Positions 9,563 to 20,068 of a stretch of 64,000 nt of DNA are shown piece after piece. The DNA is from Bdellovibrionota bacterium (GTDB lineage: Bacteria; Bdellovibrionota_C; UBA2361; OMII01). Position numbers and translations under genes: made by a program. The stretch lies in contig JBIJBE010000017.1 of assembly GCA_044345405.1 (NCBI GenBank), positions 1-64,000 of the forward strand, read 5' to 3'. A model generated the notes under the pieces. It was not told where the DNA came from. It searched no databases and saw nothing but the letters and a program-made list of their open reading frames with translations. The number at the start of each line of letters is the position of its first letter. Positions within the stretch are counted from its first letter, which is position 1.

Positions 9563-10537
9563 GTGTTACAGGTGAAGCGAACCATCACATGCGCACTACT
9601 GTTGATGATAGGTCTTTCGAGCGTTCAAGCGCGCGCGGATACCACCGTTCAGCAGAACCCCGGAGAGGTCGCTGAATTCGTTAATGGCATCATAAATGAA
9701 TCCGTAAACGCGAACACTCTCTTTGCCTCCCAAGAGTCGATCGCTACCGGTCGCTTCACCCAACGCCAAAACGGGCAACCGGATAAAGATTATACAACGA
9801 TTCGCTTGCCTGGTGAATTCGCGTTCGGCGATATCTCTGACACTGTGCGTCCCTTCGTCGAGGGGAACGGAGCCATGCTCAGAACCACAGCGGGGTACAA
9901 TCCTCCCGATACTCTCGGCGAGGCGGACTTCACCGTGACCTCACTCTTCGCGCTCTCAGCCGGAGCGGGGGTGTATATCAAACTCAGCGACTCCTGGACC
10001 CTGGCGCCGGCCGCGTCTCTTACCTACAGCCACATCAAGAATCGGTACGACTTTAATAATCTCTACAGTCAGACATACCTTCAGCAATATGAGAGCGATC
10101 TCTTTAACTGGGTCATGGACGTTTTAACGTACGCCCCTTCCTTGAAGCTCTTTTACCAGCGAGATATTGGGTTCGCTGTTTTGAACTATCAGATCTCCTA
10201 TGCATATCTCTTTAACGACACGATCAGTGACGACAGCCCCGCGATCGACGTGAATTCGAGTACCGGTCTGTGCAGTAACAGAATCGATCTCTTGATTCCG
10301 ACCGGCGCGGTTGTTCAAGCGTCCTCACTCTTTGTTCGTCCGATGTTTCAGTGGAGTAATGTCAGTGGAAACGCGGTCGCTGGACTGGGCTTACGAGATC
10401 TGTATGAGGTGGGCGCGGATCTTGTCGGAAAGGTTCTCGATACCGATTCGCTCATCTCAACTTTTACGGTCGGCGCGAGCTATGTAACGGGTGATAGCTT
10501 CGAGGGATACCACCTCGGCGTGGGAGTAGCGTTTTAG
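9563..10537 (+). CDS. Outer-membrane beta-barrel protein (solitary autotransporter-like barrel)
   Basis: Signal peptide (..VQARA), alternating beta-strand pattern, C-terminal GYHLGVGVAF ending in Phe. Confidence 0.65.
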   Translation: MLQVKRTITCALLLMIGLSSVQARADTTVQQNPGEVAEFVNGIINESVNANTLFASQESIATGRFTQRQNGQPDKDYTTIRLPGEFAFGDISDTVRPFVEGNGAMLRTTAGYNPPDTLGEADFTVTSLFALSAGAGVYIKLSDSWTLAPAASLTYSHIKNRYDFNNLYSQTYLQQYESDLFNWVMDVLTYAPSLKLFYQRDIGFAVLNYQISYAYLFNDTISDDSPAIDVNSSTGLCSNRIDLLIPTGAVVQASSLFVRPMFQWSNVSGNAVAGLGLRDLYEVGADLVGKVLDTDSLISTFTVGASYVTGDSFEGYHLGVGVAF

Positions 10538-10555
10538 TCAAAGGCGAGACACGAG

Positions 10556-11419
10556 ATGAGCGAGTCGGACACCGTCACGAAACTCAATTCCCTTATAGCG
10601 AAGGGGCCGCCCACAACTCTGGCATTTCAAAAGTTCGCGCTCGGGTACTTCAAGAAACATGGCCGAGACTTTCCGTGGCGTGAGACGAAGGACCCGTACA
10701 AGGTTCTCGTGAGCGAGGTAATGCTTCAACAGACTCAAACTGAACGTGTCGTGGTGAAGTACGCCGAGTTTCTTAAAGCGTTCCCAACGTGGAAGGCGTT
10801 AAGCGAGGCGACGCCAGCGGATGTTGTTAAGGTGTGGATGGGGCTCGGTTACTACCGGCGCGCGTTTAATTTGCATAAAGCGGCGCAGTGCGTAGTACAA
10901 GAGCATGGAGGTGTGCCACCACAAACAGCGGAAGGTTTAAGAAACTTACCGGGTGTTGGTCCTTATACAGCGGCGGCTGTCGCGGCATTTGCCTTCGGTG
11001 AGCCAGCGCCGATGATTGAGACCAATATTCGCTCCGTTTACTTGTACACATTTTATCCACAGGTGTGCGCGGTGAGCGACAAGCAGATTCTTCAAAAAGT
11101 TGAGGAGACCCTCTACAAACGAGATCCTCGTTCTTGGTTCTACGCGCTCATGGATCTCGGCGTTGAGCTGAAGAAACACACGAAAGGGATAAACCAACGA
11201 AGCAAACACCACGTGAAGCAATCTAAGTTTAATGGTTCGTTACGACAGGTGCGAGCGGCGGTGCTTCGCGCTATCGCTGAAGGGGAGAGTCTTCGACGCG
11301 CCGACATAGCGCGTAAGCTGTCATACGACACTGAAAAGATCGAAGCGGCGATCGCGGCGCTTCAGTCGGACGGATTGATAGAGAGTGTTCGGGGTGGGCG
11401 GTTCGCGATAGTTGGGTAG
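10556..11419 (+). CDS. mutY: A/G-specific adenine glycosylase, short Fe-S-less MutY type
   Basis: RDFPWR, VSEVMLQQT, WMGLGYYRRA, HhH LPGVGPYTA; no Cys cluster motif. Confidence 0.88.
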   Translation: MSESDTVTKLNSLIAKGPPTTLAFQKFALGYFKKHGRDFPWRETKDPYKVLVSEVMLQQTQTERVVVKYAEFLKAFPTWKALSEATPADVVKVWMGLGYYRRAFNLHKAAQCVVQEHGGVPPQTAEGLRNLPGVGPYTAAAVAAFAFGEPAPMIETNIRSVYLYTFYPQVCAVSDKQILQKVEETLYKRDPRSWFYALMDLGVELKKHTKGINQRSKHHVKQSKFNGSLRQVRAAVLRAIAEGESLRRADIARKLSYDTEKIEAAIAALQSDGLIESVRGGRFAIVG

Positions 11420-11448
11420 GAATCATTTCGGCGGACGGGGCGCACGAC

Positions 11449-11681
11449 GGGAGGGCGACCGTCCCCGGTCGCCGAAAAGTTGCGCATCGCGAAGGACCAT
11501 CGCCTCTCGCAACGCGGCGGTCAGGAATGACCGCCCTCCCGGATCACGGGCTCGCATAACGGGAGGGCGACCATTCCTGGTCGCCGAAAGGTTGCATATC
11601 GGTAACGGATTTCGCCCTACGCCACGCGGCGGTGAGGATCCCACTTCGCTACGCTACCAGAGACAAGCTGACCGCCCTCCC
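11449..11681. repeat. Two REPIN-like inverted pairs of 26-bp REP-like units
   Basis: GGGAGGGCGACC-N6-GGTCGCCG at 11449-11474 and 11561-11586; inverse units CGGCGGT(C/G)AGGA..TGACCGCCCTCCC at 11515-11540 and 11627-11681; lies between convergent genes. Confidence 0.8.
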
Positions 11682-11711
11682 AAAGGGCAACGTCGTCAGA
11701 GGAAATCGTTC

Positions 11712-12476
11712 CTATCCAAGCATTGAGGACTGCGTGGTTACATCGAGCGCGCCAGCGTGTTGTGTGAATTCGTTCTCCCACTGTGTGTGCGCTGAAAGAA
11801 TGGTCTTTGCGTACTGGAGGCTTTGCGTTGGAGGTTTAGCGCCGTTACGCATAGAGAGCGCCACGTTAGCTGGTCCCCAGTTGTAAGCGATGAGCACTCG
11901 CTCTCGATTCCCGTTGAACTTGCGCTCAAGATACTTGAGGTAGGCGATGCCGAGGCGGATGTTGGTAGCGGGATCGTGAAGGTCCTCGGACCGCTTGAGT
12001 TCTATCTTCTCTCGCTCTGATATGTACTTTCCGGTTGCTGGCATCAGTTGCATGAGCCCTTTTGCCCCGCGGGCCGATGTGGCTGAGTGGCGGAACATGC
12101 TCTCGGAACGGATTACAGCGGCGACAAAGAGAGGGTCGTAGCCAGCCTTCTCGCTCTCACTGACGATAATCCGCGCGAGGTCTTGGGTGTTCTGTTTGTT
12201 GGGGTTGTGTAACCTAATGATATTAGACACAAAAACGGCCTGCTGAGCTCGTCGTGTCGCCTTCATCTCCTGTAAGCGAGCCTCGTTCTGAACCGTGGAG
12301 GCGGCCTCTTGAGCGGCCCGATTGCTGAGGTTTTTTTGAGTCAGAAGGCAAACCAGGGTAACGTAGGAGGCGATTCCGGCGCACCGTGCTAACGCATTGA
12401 GGGTGTTTCGGAGGGTTGCTGACTTTTTACGGATAACTGCTTTTTTCATATCGGCTCTCGCCGTACCTTTAAACAT
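11712..12476 (-). CDS. Lytic transglycosylase (SLT domain), membrane anchored
   Basis: AVIRSES catalytic Glu, GAKGLMQLMPAT, AYNWGP; N-terminal hydrophobic anchor. Confidence 0.92.
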   Translation of the reverse strand: MFKGTARADMKKAVIRKKSATLRNTLNALARCAGIASYVTLVCLLTQKNLSNRAAQEAASTVQNEARLQEMKATRRAQQAVFVSNIIRLHNPNKQNTQDLARIIVSESEKAGYDPLFVAAVIRSESMFRHSATSARGAKGLMQLMPATGKYISEREKIELKRSEDLHDPATNIRLGIAYLKYLERKFNGNRERVLIAYNWGPANVALSMRNGAKPPTQSLQYAKTILSAHTQWENEFTQHAGALDVTTQSSMLG

Positions 12477-12669
12477 CTCGCCGCCGGTAAGGCGGAACGA
12501 GGTACCTCACAAGCTGGTGCCTCTTACATCCAGATGAGGGGTATGGCGGAAAGGGTTCCCCAGATGGCCTTGGAAGGGAGTGTCTGTTCAGCTAGGTAAG
12601 CCCTAACATGTTGTAAAGGCAGATCTATTTATTGATTTCGAGGGGCCGTTTCATCGGCGTACGTTGTTG

Positions 12670-14577
12670 ATGCATCGTTCTAAACATACACAAGTTGTGG
12701 TTGTAGGAGGGGGGCACGCCGGGATAGAGGCTGCCTACGCTTCGGCTCGGGCAGGGGTTCCTACCGTCCTTGTATCCCTGCGTCAGGATGGAATCGGTCA
12801 GATGTCCTGCAATCCAGCCATCGGAGGAGTGGGCAAGGGGCACCTGGTTAAGGAGCTCGACGCTCTCGGTGGCCTTATGGGGCGAGCCATCGACGCGACA
12901 GGTATTCAGTTTAAGACCCTGAATTCGAGCAAGGGAGCGGCTGCTCAGGCGACCCGCGCTCAGGCAGATCGAGATCTCTATAAGGGATGGGTTCAGCGAT
13001 TTCTCACTGGCGTTCCCAATCTGACCATCGTCGAAGGGGAGGCCGCGTCGGTTGAGGTCGAGGGCAATACCGTTGTCGGTGTTCGCCTCGCGGACGGTTC
13101 GTTCTTGAACGCGGGTGGAGTTGTTCTCACCACCGGAACCTTCCTTCGGGGGTTGATGCACACCGGCGACTCTCAGACCCAAGGTGGTCGCCTCGGTGAT
13201 AAGGCCTCAAACGATCTCAGTGATTCCCTTCGCTCCCTTGGCTTCTCGCTTGGAAGACTCAAGACCGGAACTCCTCCACGGCTTCGTCGTTCAACGATTA
13301 ACTTTGAGGGACTTGTTGAGCATCCAGGTGATACCCCACCACCGCCGTTCTCATTCATGACGAAGTCGATCAACCGCCAGCAGATCTCGTGTTGGCAGAC
13401 GACAACGAATGAAGAGATCCATGATCTGATTCGAGAGAATCGGGAGCACAGCCCGATGTTCAACGGACAAATTAAATCTGGCGGGCCTCGGTATTGTCCA
13501 TCGATCGAGGATAAGGTGTTTCGATTCGCCGATAAGAAGAGTCACCCCGTGTTTCTTGAGCCAGAGGGGTTCACCTCGGATATCGTGTATCCGAACGGGA
13601 TCTCCACATCGCTCCCATTCGATATTCAGCAATCGTTCATCCGAAAGATTAAGGGACTTGAGAACGTTGAGTTCTTAGCCCCCGGATACGCGGTTGAGTA
13701 CGATTTCGTGGATCCCCGAGAGCTGCTTCCAACCTATGAGACGAAAGGGATCTCGGGTCTCTACCTCGCGGGGCAGATAAACGGAACAAGTGGCTACGAA
13801 GAAGCAGGGGCGCAAGGTCTGATTGCGGGCGCGAATGCCGCTTTAAAGATTCTTGGCAAGGAGCCGCTCATCATCTCTCGAGGGCAGGGGTACATCGGCG
13901 TTATGACGGATGACCTCACAACAAACGGGGTCGATGAGCCGTATCGTATGTTCACCTCGCGCGCTGAATACCGTTTAATTCTGCGCGAAGATAACGCCGC
14001 CGCTCGCCTGTGCCCGATTGCCTTGCGGTATGGATTGTTGAACGAAGATCAACGCGCCGCGTTTGAGGAGCGACAGAGCGCCTATGAGCGGGCGACGACC
14101 TGGCTCTCAGCTACCTACGCCAAGCCAAGCGAGTCGACGAACGCGTGGCTTGAGCAAAAAGGCACCGCGACCCTTAAAGACCGAGCGTCGCTCGCCCAGC
14201 TCGTAAAACGACCGCAGCTTTCACTCGATGATATATTGGAACAGTTCCCTTACGACGAGGAGCTCTCAACCGATCTTCGCGCCGCGGTCGAGATCGAGTT
14301 TAAGTTTCGAGGATATCTCGATCGTCAGGAAGATGAGGTTCGGCACTTAAAGAAGATCGAGTCAGAGGTCATTCCGGCTGATTTCCCCTATGAACAGATT
14401 AAACAGCTCCGTCGAGAGGCTGTTGATAAGTTGCGTAAGCACCGTCCCGCATCTATCGGACAGGCTTCTCGTATCTCCGGAATGACACCGGCTACGATCT
14501 CTATCATCGCGATGTATCTGAAGCGATACAGAGAGGGGCTGTTTTGCGTCGAGTCTTCTGAAAGTTCGAGATCGTGA
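12670..14577 (+). CDS. mnmG: tRNA uridine-5-carboxymethylaminomethyl(34) synthesis enzyme MnmG (GidA)
   Basis: [66 protein letters not shown]. Confidence 0.98.
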   Translation: MHRSKHTQVVVVGGGHAGIEAAYASARAGVPTVLVSLRQDGIGQMSCNPAIGGVGKGHLVKELDALGGLMGRAIDATGIQFKTLNSSKGAAAQATRAQADRDLYKGWVQRFLTGVPNLTIVEGEAASVEVEGNTVVGVRLADGSFLNAGGVVLTTGTFLRGLMHTGDSQTQGGRLGDKASNDLSDSLRSLGFSLGRLKTGTPPRLRRSTINFEGLVEHPGDTPPPPFSFMTKSINRQQISCWQTTTNEEIHDLIRENREHSPMFNGQIKSGGPRYCPSIEDKVFRFADKKSHPVFLEPEGFTSDIVYPNGISTSLPFDIQQSFIRKIKGLENVEFLAPGYAVEYDFVDPRELLPTYETKGISGLYLAGQINGTSGYEEAGAQGLIAGANAALKILGKEPLIISRGQGYIGVMTDDLTTNGVDEPYRMFTSRAEYRLILREDNAAARLCPIALRYGLLNEDQRAAFEERQSAYERATTWLSATYAKPSESTNAWLEQKGTATLKDRASLAQLVKRPQLSLDDILEQFPYDEELSTDLRAAVEIEFKFRGYLDRQEDEVRHLKKIESEVIPADFPYEQIKQLRREAVDKLRKHRPASIGQASRISGMTPATISIIAMYLKRYREGLFCVESSESSRS

Positions 14578-14693
14578 CGAGGACAGACAGGAAGGCGTGA
14601 TTGAGTTTCTCTCGTGACGCGCTGGTTTGGAAGAAATGAGCCGAGCATACTGTCGCCCCTTTTTTATTATTTGTTAGTGGTACTGGTAGTTGT

Positions 14694-14969
14694 ATGGCGA
14701 ATGTCACCCCAGCTTTGCGGCATGTGAGGGTTCCGGAATTAGTTCTATCGCTCAGTATGGCGACGTTGAGTCTGCCGTTTTACCAGGCAGCCCGTGATCA
14801 GCGTAAGTTCGCGGACGATATCCAGCGAGAATATCCAAGTCAGAGTGAGTACATCCGAGCCAACGCCGAGCTCCCTCAGGCGCTTGGCAATACCCTGGCC
14901 GGCACCGCCGCTCTCGTGTTCCCATTCTGTTTTAAGAGGGGCAGGCGAAAAGAGGACGAACGGTCTTAG
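14694..14969 (+). CDS. Small hypothetical membrane protein
   Basis: 91-aa ATG ORF with two hydrophobic segments and a basic tail; no family recognised. Confidence 0.4.
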   Translation: MANVTPALRHVRVPELVLSLSMATLSLPFYQAARDQRKFADDIQREYPSQSEYIRANAELPQALGNTLAGTAALVFPFCFKRGRRKEDERS

Positions 14970-15195
14970 CGAGAGCAAAGCGGCGTTCGAAGCCAGGCAC
15001 GTCCGTATAGACGAGACTCGGAAGGGGAACTCTTGGTCGTGCGTAGATACGGTATCGCGATTGGCGGGGGCGTCTGTCAAAACGATGCTAGCGTAGTCGC
15101 CTTGATTCAAGGAGATGCTCGCGACGATTCGTTTCACTAGTCGCCAAGCGTGCGTCCCAAATTTTAAAAAGCGAAGTAACTTTTTAGACGAGGCG

Positions 15196-16752
15196 CTAGA
15201 GAGCCAGGAGGATCCGTTGAATCTCCATTGGATCGACCGGTTTTGTCAGATGTCGATCGAACCCCGCATCACGAGCTAAAGAGATATTCTGCTCGTCTCC
15301 CCAACCGGTGACGGCGATGAGCCGAGGCCTCGGCGTATCTTCCTCTGCTCGCAAGGTTCGGGCTACCTCATAACCGGTCATTCCGGGTAGTCCGATATCA
15401 AGGAATATCAGCTCTGGTTTAAAATCTTTCGCTGCTTGCAACGCTTCGGGCCCGTTATGGGCGACGTGCGTATCTTGTCCCAGCAAGGAGAGGAGATCTT
15501 TCAAGCTCTGCGCGATATCAACCTGGTCATCAACTACAAGCACTCGATGTGGGGCGCCGCGGAAGGGTTCGCTGACCCCGCTCTCAACATTGGTAGGAGT
15601 GGCGTCCGTGTGGGGCTTCTCTGTGTACGGAAGAGTTACGGTGAAGGTACTCCCCTTTCCGGGGCCGGGGCTCGTGGCTTCGATTGTACCGTTATGCATC
15701 TCCGTCAATCGTCGTGCCAAGGTCAATCCAATTCCAAGTCCCCCTTGAGATCTCGCGGCCAAGGGCTCGACCTGAGAGAACATATCAAAGACCTTCGTGA
15801 GCATCTGTGGTGAAAGCCCTATGCCGTTATCCTTAACTTCAATCTGAACGGTGTCGTTTTTATGGCGAGCCGTCAGCGTGATAGCGCCGCCACTCGGGGT
15901 ATATTTTGCCGCGTTGTTGAGGAGGTTGCTTATCACCTGCGCGAGTCGGACCGGATCCACATCAAGCGTGATAAGTTCCTCAGGCGCCGATATGGTAAGG
16001 GTGTGCTTCCCACTATCAAGTAAGGGCTTACTCGACTCTACCGCGTTCGAAAGAAGGAGCGTGAGAGGTGTCTTTTGCTTTTTAAGTTCGAGTTTTCCGC
16101 GAGTAATACGGGAGATGTCCAGGAGATCGTCGATAAGCCGCACGAGGTGCCTAACCTGTCGGTCCATCATCTCCAAGGTCTGTGTGGTAGGTTTGCCTGG
16201 CTGTGCTAGGCGCAGAATCTGTAAGCCTGTTCGAATAGGAGCGAGCGGGTTTCGGAGTTCATGAGCGAGGATGGCCAAAAACTCATTTTTTACCCTAGCC
16301 TCGTGCCGCAAAAGATCGACGAGGGTTTCTCGCTCCTGGAGGACGTCTCGAAGTATATATTGATTATGGCGCGCATGCAGGGCGATTCGGGTGATGCTCG
16401 CGAGGGTTTTTATTCCAACCGGACGCTCCACCAGCGTCGCGCCCAAGGGTAGCCCTTCCGAGATCTCATCCATGTGGGGTGATTCTCCGGATATGATAAT
16501 AGTTGGAATGGCTGACCATGTGGGTTGAGCGTGTAGGATCGAGAGTAATCGTGAATCGGTATCTAAGATGGTAGGGGGCTCCGAAAGGATAATAGCCGCC
16601 GCTCCCCGTTCAAGCTGATCGCAGAGCTGTGAATAACCCTCGCAAGGGGCTCCCTCGATTCCTAAGCTACCTAAGAGGTCCACGATTCGGGCCGCGTCTT
16701 GAGCCGACTCCACGCAGATGAGAACACGCTCCTCTAAGCTATACCGAGACAT
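15196..16752 (-). CDS. Hybrid sensor histidine kinase/response regulator
   Basis: H-box FLAILAHELRNPL, NLLNNAAKY, DNGIG, GLGIGL; C-terminal receiver (VVDD..FLDIGLP..TKP); degenerate N-terminal receiver; start overlaps the KaiC-like gene stop. Confidence 0.93.
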   Translation of the reverse strand: MSRYSLEERVLICVESAQDAARIVDLLGSLGIEGAPCEGYSQLCDQLERGAAAIILSEPPTILDTDSRLLSILHAQPTWSAIPTIIISGESPHMDEISEGLPLGATLVERPVGIKTLASITRIALHARHNQYILRDVLQERETLVDLLRHEARVKNEFLAILAHELRNPLAPIRTGLQILRLAQPGKPTTQTLEMMDRQVRHLVRLIDDLLDISRITRGKLELKKQKTPLTLLLSNAVESSKPLLDSGKHTLTISAPEELITLDVDPVRLAQVISNLLNNAAKYTPSGGAITLTARHKNDTVQIEVKDNGIGLSPQMLTKVFDMFSQVEPLAARSQGGLGIGLTLARRLTEMHNGTIEATSPGPGKGSTFTVTLPYTEKPHTDATPTNVESGVSEPFRGAPHRVLVVDDQVDIAQSLKDLLSLLGQDTHVAHNGPEALQAAKDFKPELIFLDIGLPGMTGYEVARTLRAEEDTPRPRLIAVTGWGDEQNISLARDAGFDRHLTKPVDPMEIQRILLAL

Positions 16753-18304
16753 CTTTGCTACGCCCCCGCGCGTTCGGGAACTCACCCTCAGAGGGGGAGA
16801 ATTCCGGCATGGTCGTATCTTCGTAGGGAATCACCGATGCCACCATTTTATGGCTGATTGGCTCGCCAACGATGATTCCGCCATCAGTGAAAGAAAACTG
16901 CCTCATCGTGTACTCATGCGCCCCCGTTCGGTTCTTCAACACGCGCAGCCCCCGTACGAGCTCACCGTTCGGCTGAAAATATCGAAATAAGAGAACGCTG
17001 TCGGCGAGATAACTGACGTTAAAGTCGGCGATATCGCCCCGTAGTATTCCGTGCTGAGCAACCACCATGATAGTGATAACATCTCTTTGATTGAGGTAGG
17101 AGATGAGCTCATGTAAATGAGCAGAGAGCGCGCGCTCCTCGGGCATCGCGTTGATATATCCGTTAAGACTGTCGATAACGACGATCGAAGCTCCCCCCTC
17201 CACGGCATCGCGAACCCCTTGCGCGAACGCTCCTGGAGTGAGCTCAGCGGGATCGACCTGTCGAGCGATCAATCTGCCATCTTCAAGATAGGGCCTGAGA
17301 GCCTCGCGCTCGCCAGCGAAGTTTAGCTTCTCTGAACGACCCAGGAAGGTGGGGAGGACCTCATCGAAGGTGTACACCGCCGCTTTGGTTCCCTGCTTGA
17401 GAGCGTTAGCCACGAACTGCATCGCAATGGTTGACTTTCCGACCCCTGAGGGGCCGATGAAAACCGCTGAGGTTCCAGTCGCAATTCCTCCTTTAAACAT
17501 CTTGTCGAGATTCGCGATCCCACATGAACGCACCCCTCTTTGAGAGAGTTGTGGATGCGCCGGTGATACGAGTCTGGGGTAAATGAACAAACCACCGGTG
17601 CGTATCTCATAGTCGTGAAAGCCCTCCTGGAAGTCGGCCGAGCGTACCTTGCCCACATAGAGCCTACGGCGCGCTCGCCCATAGAGGGGGAGCCTGGCCT
17701 CCAGCACGAGAGTCGCGCCCACTATGGACTGATGCGTATGAGGATCCGATTCAGAGATTTTATCGTCGAGCAGGAGAGTCGTCATTCCCCGCTCCTCTGA
17801 AAATTTCTTGAGGGAGAGGAGGTGCCGACGATATCGGAGGGGGGATCCAGCTAACATTCGAAGCTCTGAGAGTCCATCGAAGACAAGGTGAGAGGGGCTG
17901 ACCCGTTCAATCTCGGAGATGATAGTTTTGATCAAGTCCCCAAGCTCGGTCTCACTGGGGTCGAATATAGAGCGCTTGGTCTGCTCTACCGGGTTTAAGG
18001 AGCCCCGCACCAGATCGCTTAATTCTATCATGTCGAGCGACCACCCATGGGAAGCGCATATCATCTCCATATCACGGCGAGACTCGGTCAACGCGATGTA
18101 GAGGACTCGATCGCCGTCTTGAACTCGTTTGAGAAGGTACTGAAGGCCAACGGTGGTTTTTCCCGAGCCGGGTCCTCCCTGGAGGAGATAGAAGCCCCCT
18201 CTAAGAAATCCCCCTTTAAGGACGGTGTCTAATCCCGGAATTCCGGTGGAGATGTAGTTCGCCTTAAAGGCTCTAGGGTCCTGAATATTTGGTTCGTAGC
18301 TCAT
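16739..18304 (-). CDS. KaiC-like (RAD55/RecA superfamily) double-domain ATPase
   Basis: STGIPGLD, GGPGSGKT, second domain CGIANLD/GPSGVGKS, VIDSL, VSYLADSV, LKNR. Confidence 0.9.
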   Translation of the reverse strand: MSYEPNIQDPRAFKANYISTGIPGLDTVLKGGFLRGGFYLLQGGPGSGKTTVGLQYLLKRVQDGDRVLYIALTESRRDMEMICASHGWSLDMIELSDLVRGSLNPVEQTKRSIFDPSETELGDLIKTIISEIERVSPSHLVFDGLSELRMLAGSPLRYRRHLLSLKKFSEERGMTTLLLDDKISESDPHTHQSIVGATLVLEARLPLYGRARRRLYVGKVRSADFQEGFHDYEIRTGGLFIYPRLVSPAHPQLSQRGVRSCGIANLDKMFKGGIATGTSAVFIGPSGVGKSTIAMQFVANALKQGTKAAVYTFDEVLPTFLGRSEKLNFAGEREALRPYLEDGRLIARQVDPAELTPGAFAQGVRDAVEGGASIVVIDSLNGYINAMPEERALSAHLHELISYLNQRDVITIMVVAQHGILRGDIADFNVSYLADSVLLFRYFQPNGELVRGLRVLKNRTGAHEYTMRQFSFTDGGIIVGEPISHKMVASVIPYEDTTMPEFSPSEGEFPNARGRSKDVSV

Positions 18305-18840
18305 TGGCGATTCATCTCCGATGCGCATCACGGTCGACGCGATCAGAAGATCGCTCACTACGTTAGCGTTGAGCCGCGAGGGGCTGTTCTCTAGGGATAT
18401 TAAAACGGGGGAAGGATAGCGTGCGCGGATGGACTCGGTATGACGAGCCTCAGTTAGAACCGCTTTTCGTGCCTAAGTATGGCCGAGAGCTATCTCTATT
18501 CACCCTCTTACTCTAATATCTTTCGCCCACTGCTCCTTTAACGGAGCTGTCAGCGTGACAGCAGAGCTTGATAGTCGCCTCAACAAGAGGTTTACGAGGT
18601 GCGCACTCCACTTTAAGGAGAATATCAAGGAGCGAAGAGACGGTTATCAACCGACCTGGCACCCGCCAATTCCGACACCCATAGATACGTGTTTCTTGTT
18701 CGTTTAGATGCGTCTCGCGTTGAAGATCTAGTGCAAGATGGAGCATATCGAGGCGGCGATCTACGATGTGCAATTGCTACCCTCTTTGTCACCCCACCCT
18801 CGCTATGCTCGGGAGCCCCTCACAAGAGCGTGATGTTGAT

Positions 18841-18876
18841 TCCCCCGTCGCCCCAGCGGGGCTATGGGGGACAGGC
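18841..18876. repeat. Small imperfect palindromic element
   Basis: TCCCCC-GTCGCCCC-AGC-GGGGCTAT-GGGGGA-CAGGC; same architecture as 1307-1335. Confidence 0.5.
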
Positions 18877-18931
18877 TGTTGGGACTTGGGCGACCTCTCG
18901 CGGCTTTTTGATCGAAAATGTTGGAGCTAAG

Positions 18932-20068
18932 CTAACTCGTAATCTCCACAAACCTTCTAAGCGCCATTTCAAGAGGCATCACAGAGATGCCACCCTCGTA
19001 GTACTCCTCATTCCCAAGGTAGAGGAGGTGGCACTTGGCGGTTGGATAATCCTGCAAGAAGAGGTTTAGGCTCGCGGTGTCCTCGCTTCGCACGCGGTCG
19101 GCGTGCTTGAGTTCAAAAGCATGAATACCGCGGGGGCCGTAGAGCACAAAGTCCACCTCATTCTTTGCTTGAGTGCGCCAGTAGAAGATCGAGTATTCGA
19201 GGTTGTGGTACTCGTTCAACGCGCGTACCTGTTGGTAGAAGAGGGTCTCAACGCTTGCCCCGGGAGCAAGCTCAGGATGGTCGAGAGGCCCCTTGGGACG
19301 AATCGAGTTGAAGACGCCACTATCAAAGAAGAGAAATTTGGGATGAGCGATAAGTTTACGCTTCGCGCGTTTGCTGAATACGGGAAGTCGAACCGCAAGA
19401 AGGAGATCCTCTAAGATCGTGAAGTAATCTTGAATGACCTTCACGGAGATACTGCTCTCACGCGCTACCTCCGCCATCGTAAGCACTTCCGCTTGAGAAA
19501 ATGAGGCGACCTCGAGGAAACGACTGAACGCCGCGATGTTTCTGGTGAGCCCCTCTTGCTGAACCTCCTCTCTGAGATAGGTTGCCACGTAACTTGCAAG
19601 GTAAGCGGCGGGATCTTGTTCTGTGTATGCAGAGGGAAGTGAACCGAAGCGGAGTGAGTGTTGTAGTGAGAAGCTCTCTCCAAGCTCCTCAATCGTGAGT
19701 GGGTGCATAAACCGGGTAAGGGCGCGTCCCGCTAGAAGGTTAATCCCCCTACGACGGAGGGCGCGGGCGCTTGAGCCGGTCATGATGAAGCGAAGTTTCC
19801 GAGACTCGATCAGACGGTGCACCTCGTTAAGGAGCTCAGGGATGCGCTGCACCTCATCGAGAATAATCCAGCCGGAGTAGTCGCGGGGAATTCGTTCTCC
19901 GAGCCTTCCTGGGTCGGCGAGGAGTTGTGAATAGGTTCGAGCCTCAAGGAGGTCAAAGTAGAGGTCGTTCGGAAATGTTCGCCGCAGCCAGTCGGTTTTG
20001 CCTACGCCACGGGGTCCAAAGAGGAAGAAGCTCTTCTCATTTTGATAGGTTATAGACCTGGGAAACAT
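18932..20068 (-). CDS. AAA+ ATPase (AAA_14) with C-terminal DUF4143 domain
   Basis: GPRGVGKT, ILDEVQ, TGSS, LAGR, KFLFFDSG, EVDFV..FELK. Confidence 0.9.
   Translation of the reverse strand: MFPRSITYQNEKSFFLFGPRGVGKTDWLRRTFPNDLYFDLLEARTYSQLLADPGRLGERIPRDYSGWIILDEVQRIPELLNEVHRLIESRKLRFIMTGSSARALRRRGINLLAGRALTRFMHPLTIEELGESFSLQHSLRFGSLPSAYTEQDPAAYLASYVATYLREEVQQEGLTRNIAAFSRFLEVASFSQAEVLTMAEVARESSISVKVIQDYFTILEDLLLAVRLPVFSKRAKRKLIAHPKFLFFDSGVFNSIRPKGPLDHPELAPGASVETLFYQQVRALNEYHNLEYSIFYWRTQAKNEVDFVLYGPRGIHAFELKHADRVRSEDTASLNLFLQDYPTAKCHLLYLGNEEYYEGGISVMPLEMALRRFVEITS

Noticed and set aside
11412-11726. Short Arg/Pro-rich ORFs, or a CRISPR array, in the repeat region
   Set aside because: The units alternate in orientation and number only four, there are no cas genes, and the ORFs are by-products of GC-rich repeats
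14745-15137. 130-aa minus-strand ORF and overlapping alternatives
   Set aside because: No motif, no clear RBS, and it conflicts with the + strand 91-aa ORF; cannot be supported
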